Assembly (NCBI GenBank): GCA_020536535.1
Contig: JAHLWZ010000423.1
Span: 124,001-188,000 of the forward strand
Length of the DNA: 64,000 nucleotides
Source of the DNA: Pelomyxa schiedti
Taxonomy: Eukaryota > Protista > Evosea
Reading direction: 5' to 3'
Shown: one piece after another, positions 62,201 through 64,000 of the stretch
Layout of the letters: each line of letters starts with the position of its first letter
Numbering within the stretch: the first letter of the stretch is position 1
Position numbers and translations under genes: made by a program
Notes under the pieces: generated by a model
The model's input: only the letters and a program-made list of their open reading frames with translations
Told to the model about the DNA's origin: nothing
The model's database searches: none

Positions 62201-64000
62201 GATTTTTGGGAGGGACTCTGTTTTAGCAGGAGTTGCTTCTACCCTCGTATCGGACATGACAGTGTCCAGGTTCTTTTCAGTGGCAAGGTATTTGGTAATT
62301 ACTAGCATCAGAGTGATAGTTTGTGGAATGGCATATTCCACGTAAGACAACGAAGATAATGGATGATCTTCGTCAGTGAGACATCTGAGAAATTTAAATA
62401 GATTAGACAGAATCTGGAATGCCAGTATTCCTTTTGGTTCTTTTTCGATAAGGACATCCACTAATACAACCAAGTTATGAAGGGATTTTGTCAATTCCTC
62501 TTCAATCGAATCTTCAGTGCAGCAGGCTTCAAAATATGGAAGGAGGTTGCCAATTGAGATCTCGGAGTCAATGAGGAGCTCCCGTATTGTCGATTTAATT
62601 GCCTTATTTGAACCCATAAGAAGACTAAATTTTGGAATGTAAGAGGCCACGGAAAAGAAAAGTGAGTAACCTGCAAAACACTTCTAGAAGAGGTTTCTGG
62701 GTATCAGCATCAATGTTCTTCCAGAAGGCAGGAGAGATCTGGAGCATCACAACTTCACACAAGGTGAAGGTGGTTGGTGCACTGCGTTCATCACCAAAAG
62801 AAGCAGTGAACTCCGATTTCAAGGCCCTTAATACCGTGTCACGCAGTTCTGAACTCTCATTCAACATAGGAGCAGTATCTTGATTAAGCTGTTTGAAGGC
62901 AGCAGCGGCGACATTGCATAAAGTCATCAATGGAGAAGAAAAAGGCAATAGTTTTTGGGTACCCTCAGGTAAAACCAGTTGCTCACATAGTCGCTTCATC
63001 ATTGGGTGTAATATTTCCAATTTGTGCTGGGATACAGTTGAAGATACAAGGTTGACAAGCTCGTAGCAGGCTCCGGAAAATCCAGTTTCACCAAATAGAA
63101 TTCCATGACTGAGCAGGAAACACTCCAAACTGTCAAGTTCTTCCTGTGAGAACTGCCCCACATTCAATTTACAAGCAAACAGGCCATGCAAAAAAGTGGG
63201 ATCAGCCTCAAGCTCCTTACGCACTTCCACTGTCATGAAGAAAAGAAATTTTTTGAGAATGGGTCCCTTTGGAGGGGGGTAGGATGAAGGAAAAATCGAA
63301 GGATTCGATGTCGCAGACGGAGGATCAGCACGTAAGTCTTGAATCTTAACATAAAGTAAAAATAAACAATCCAGGGCGGCTGCCCGCGTATATCTTGTTG
63401 ATGACAACGCAGGAACTATCAGAGATGGTACTAGTTGCACGAAGGTGTTGTAAGTGTAAACAACTTTCTTTGACTGAAGGAAGCAATGCAGTACTTTGAG
63501 AACTGTATATTTCCTGGAAGTACTAGCTGTGTCTCTCAGCCATATATTTGCCAAAAATTTGTACAGAACCCTAGGTGATTTGGAAAGAAAACATGTAATA
63601 GTATGCTTCAATAATGTCTTGGCTTCAGCAAATTCCCAATGGCATAATGCATGATCTACCATCGAATCGATAGTAGCTGCTGTGCCTTTATAAGGAAAAT
63701 TACTGATATTTTCTACAGAAAGTTGACAATCGTTATGGTCTTGCAGATGCATGACGACCCGTAACAGCACCTGAAATGCAAACTGGGGAGATGCCCCAGA
63801 AAAGAAATTCAAAGCAAAATCAGTGGGATCGGAGAATTCTTCCCAACTACTTGAAGTTTTGGATTTCTCTTTTGCAGCAAAGTGGACAGATAAACAATCC
63901 AGAATGCTGTCAAGTTGGGACATGGGAGTCCTTTTTTCAAGCTCCAACAGAACAAGAAGCCTCAGAAAAAGCGAGGATGGTTGAGTGAAGTTGTTCTTGA
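59291..64000 (-). CDS. UTP10: U3 snoRNA-associated protein 10 / HEATR1 (3' part; runs off the window)
   Basis: Long HEAT-repeat ORFs; BP28CT-like QSEANFNPVF and LKALFVPYFSY; terminal LPLLPETLPFVSEVMED. Confidence 0.9.

Overview
This is a compact, intron-rich eukaryotic window. It holds about 22 protein-coding genes with short GT-AG introns (mostly 40-80 nt), and convergent gene ends are mostly only 50-105 bp apart. The gene content points to an amoebozoan: two RasGEFs, a ROCO protein, a Rab-like/Zn-finger/vWA fusion, a formin and a cathepsin L-like protease. A corrinoid activator suggests an anaerobic lineage such as the Archamoebae, but that is inference only. Housekeeping genes include RPN10, PIGH, DTWD1, UTP10 (partial), an SDR and F-box proteins. 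Two things stand out. First, there are two cobalamin-related enzymes of normally prokaryotic families: an intron-rich B12-binding radical SAM protein and an intronless [2Fe-2S]/ASKHA reductive activator of corrinoid proteins (RACo). Second, most of the longer intergenic spacers carry a discrete 100-180 nt multi-hairpin element close to a start codon, which I cannot match to a known RNA family. Other items are degenerate catalytic motifs (RhoGAP, ROC, kinase), an aegerolysin-like secreted protein, a MORN/F-box/WD40 fusion and a frameshifted tandem duplicate. All exon structures and RNA stems were worked out by eye, so the boundaries are approximate.
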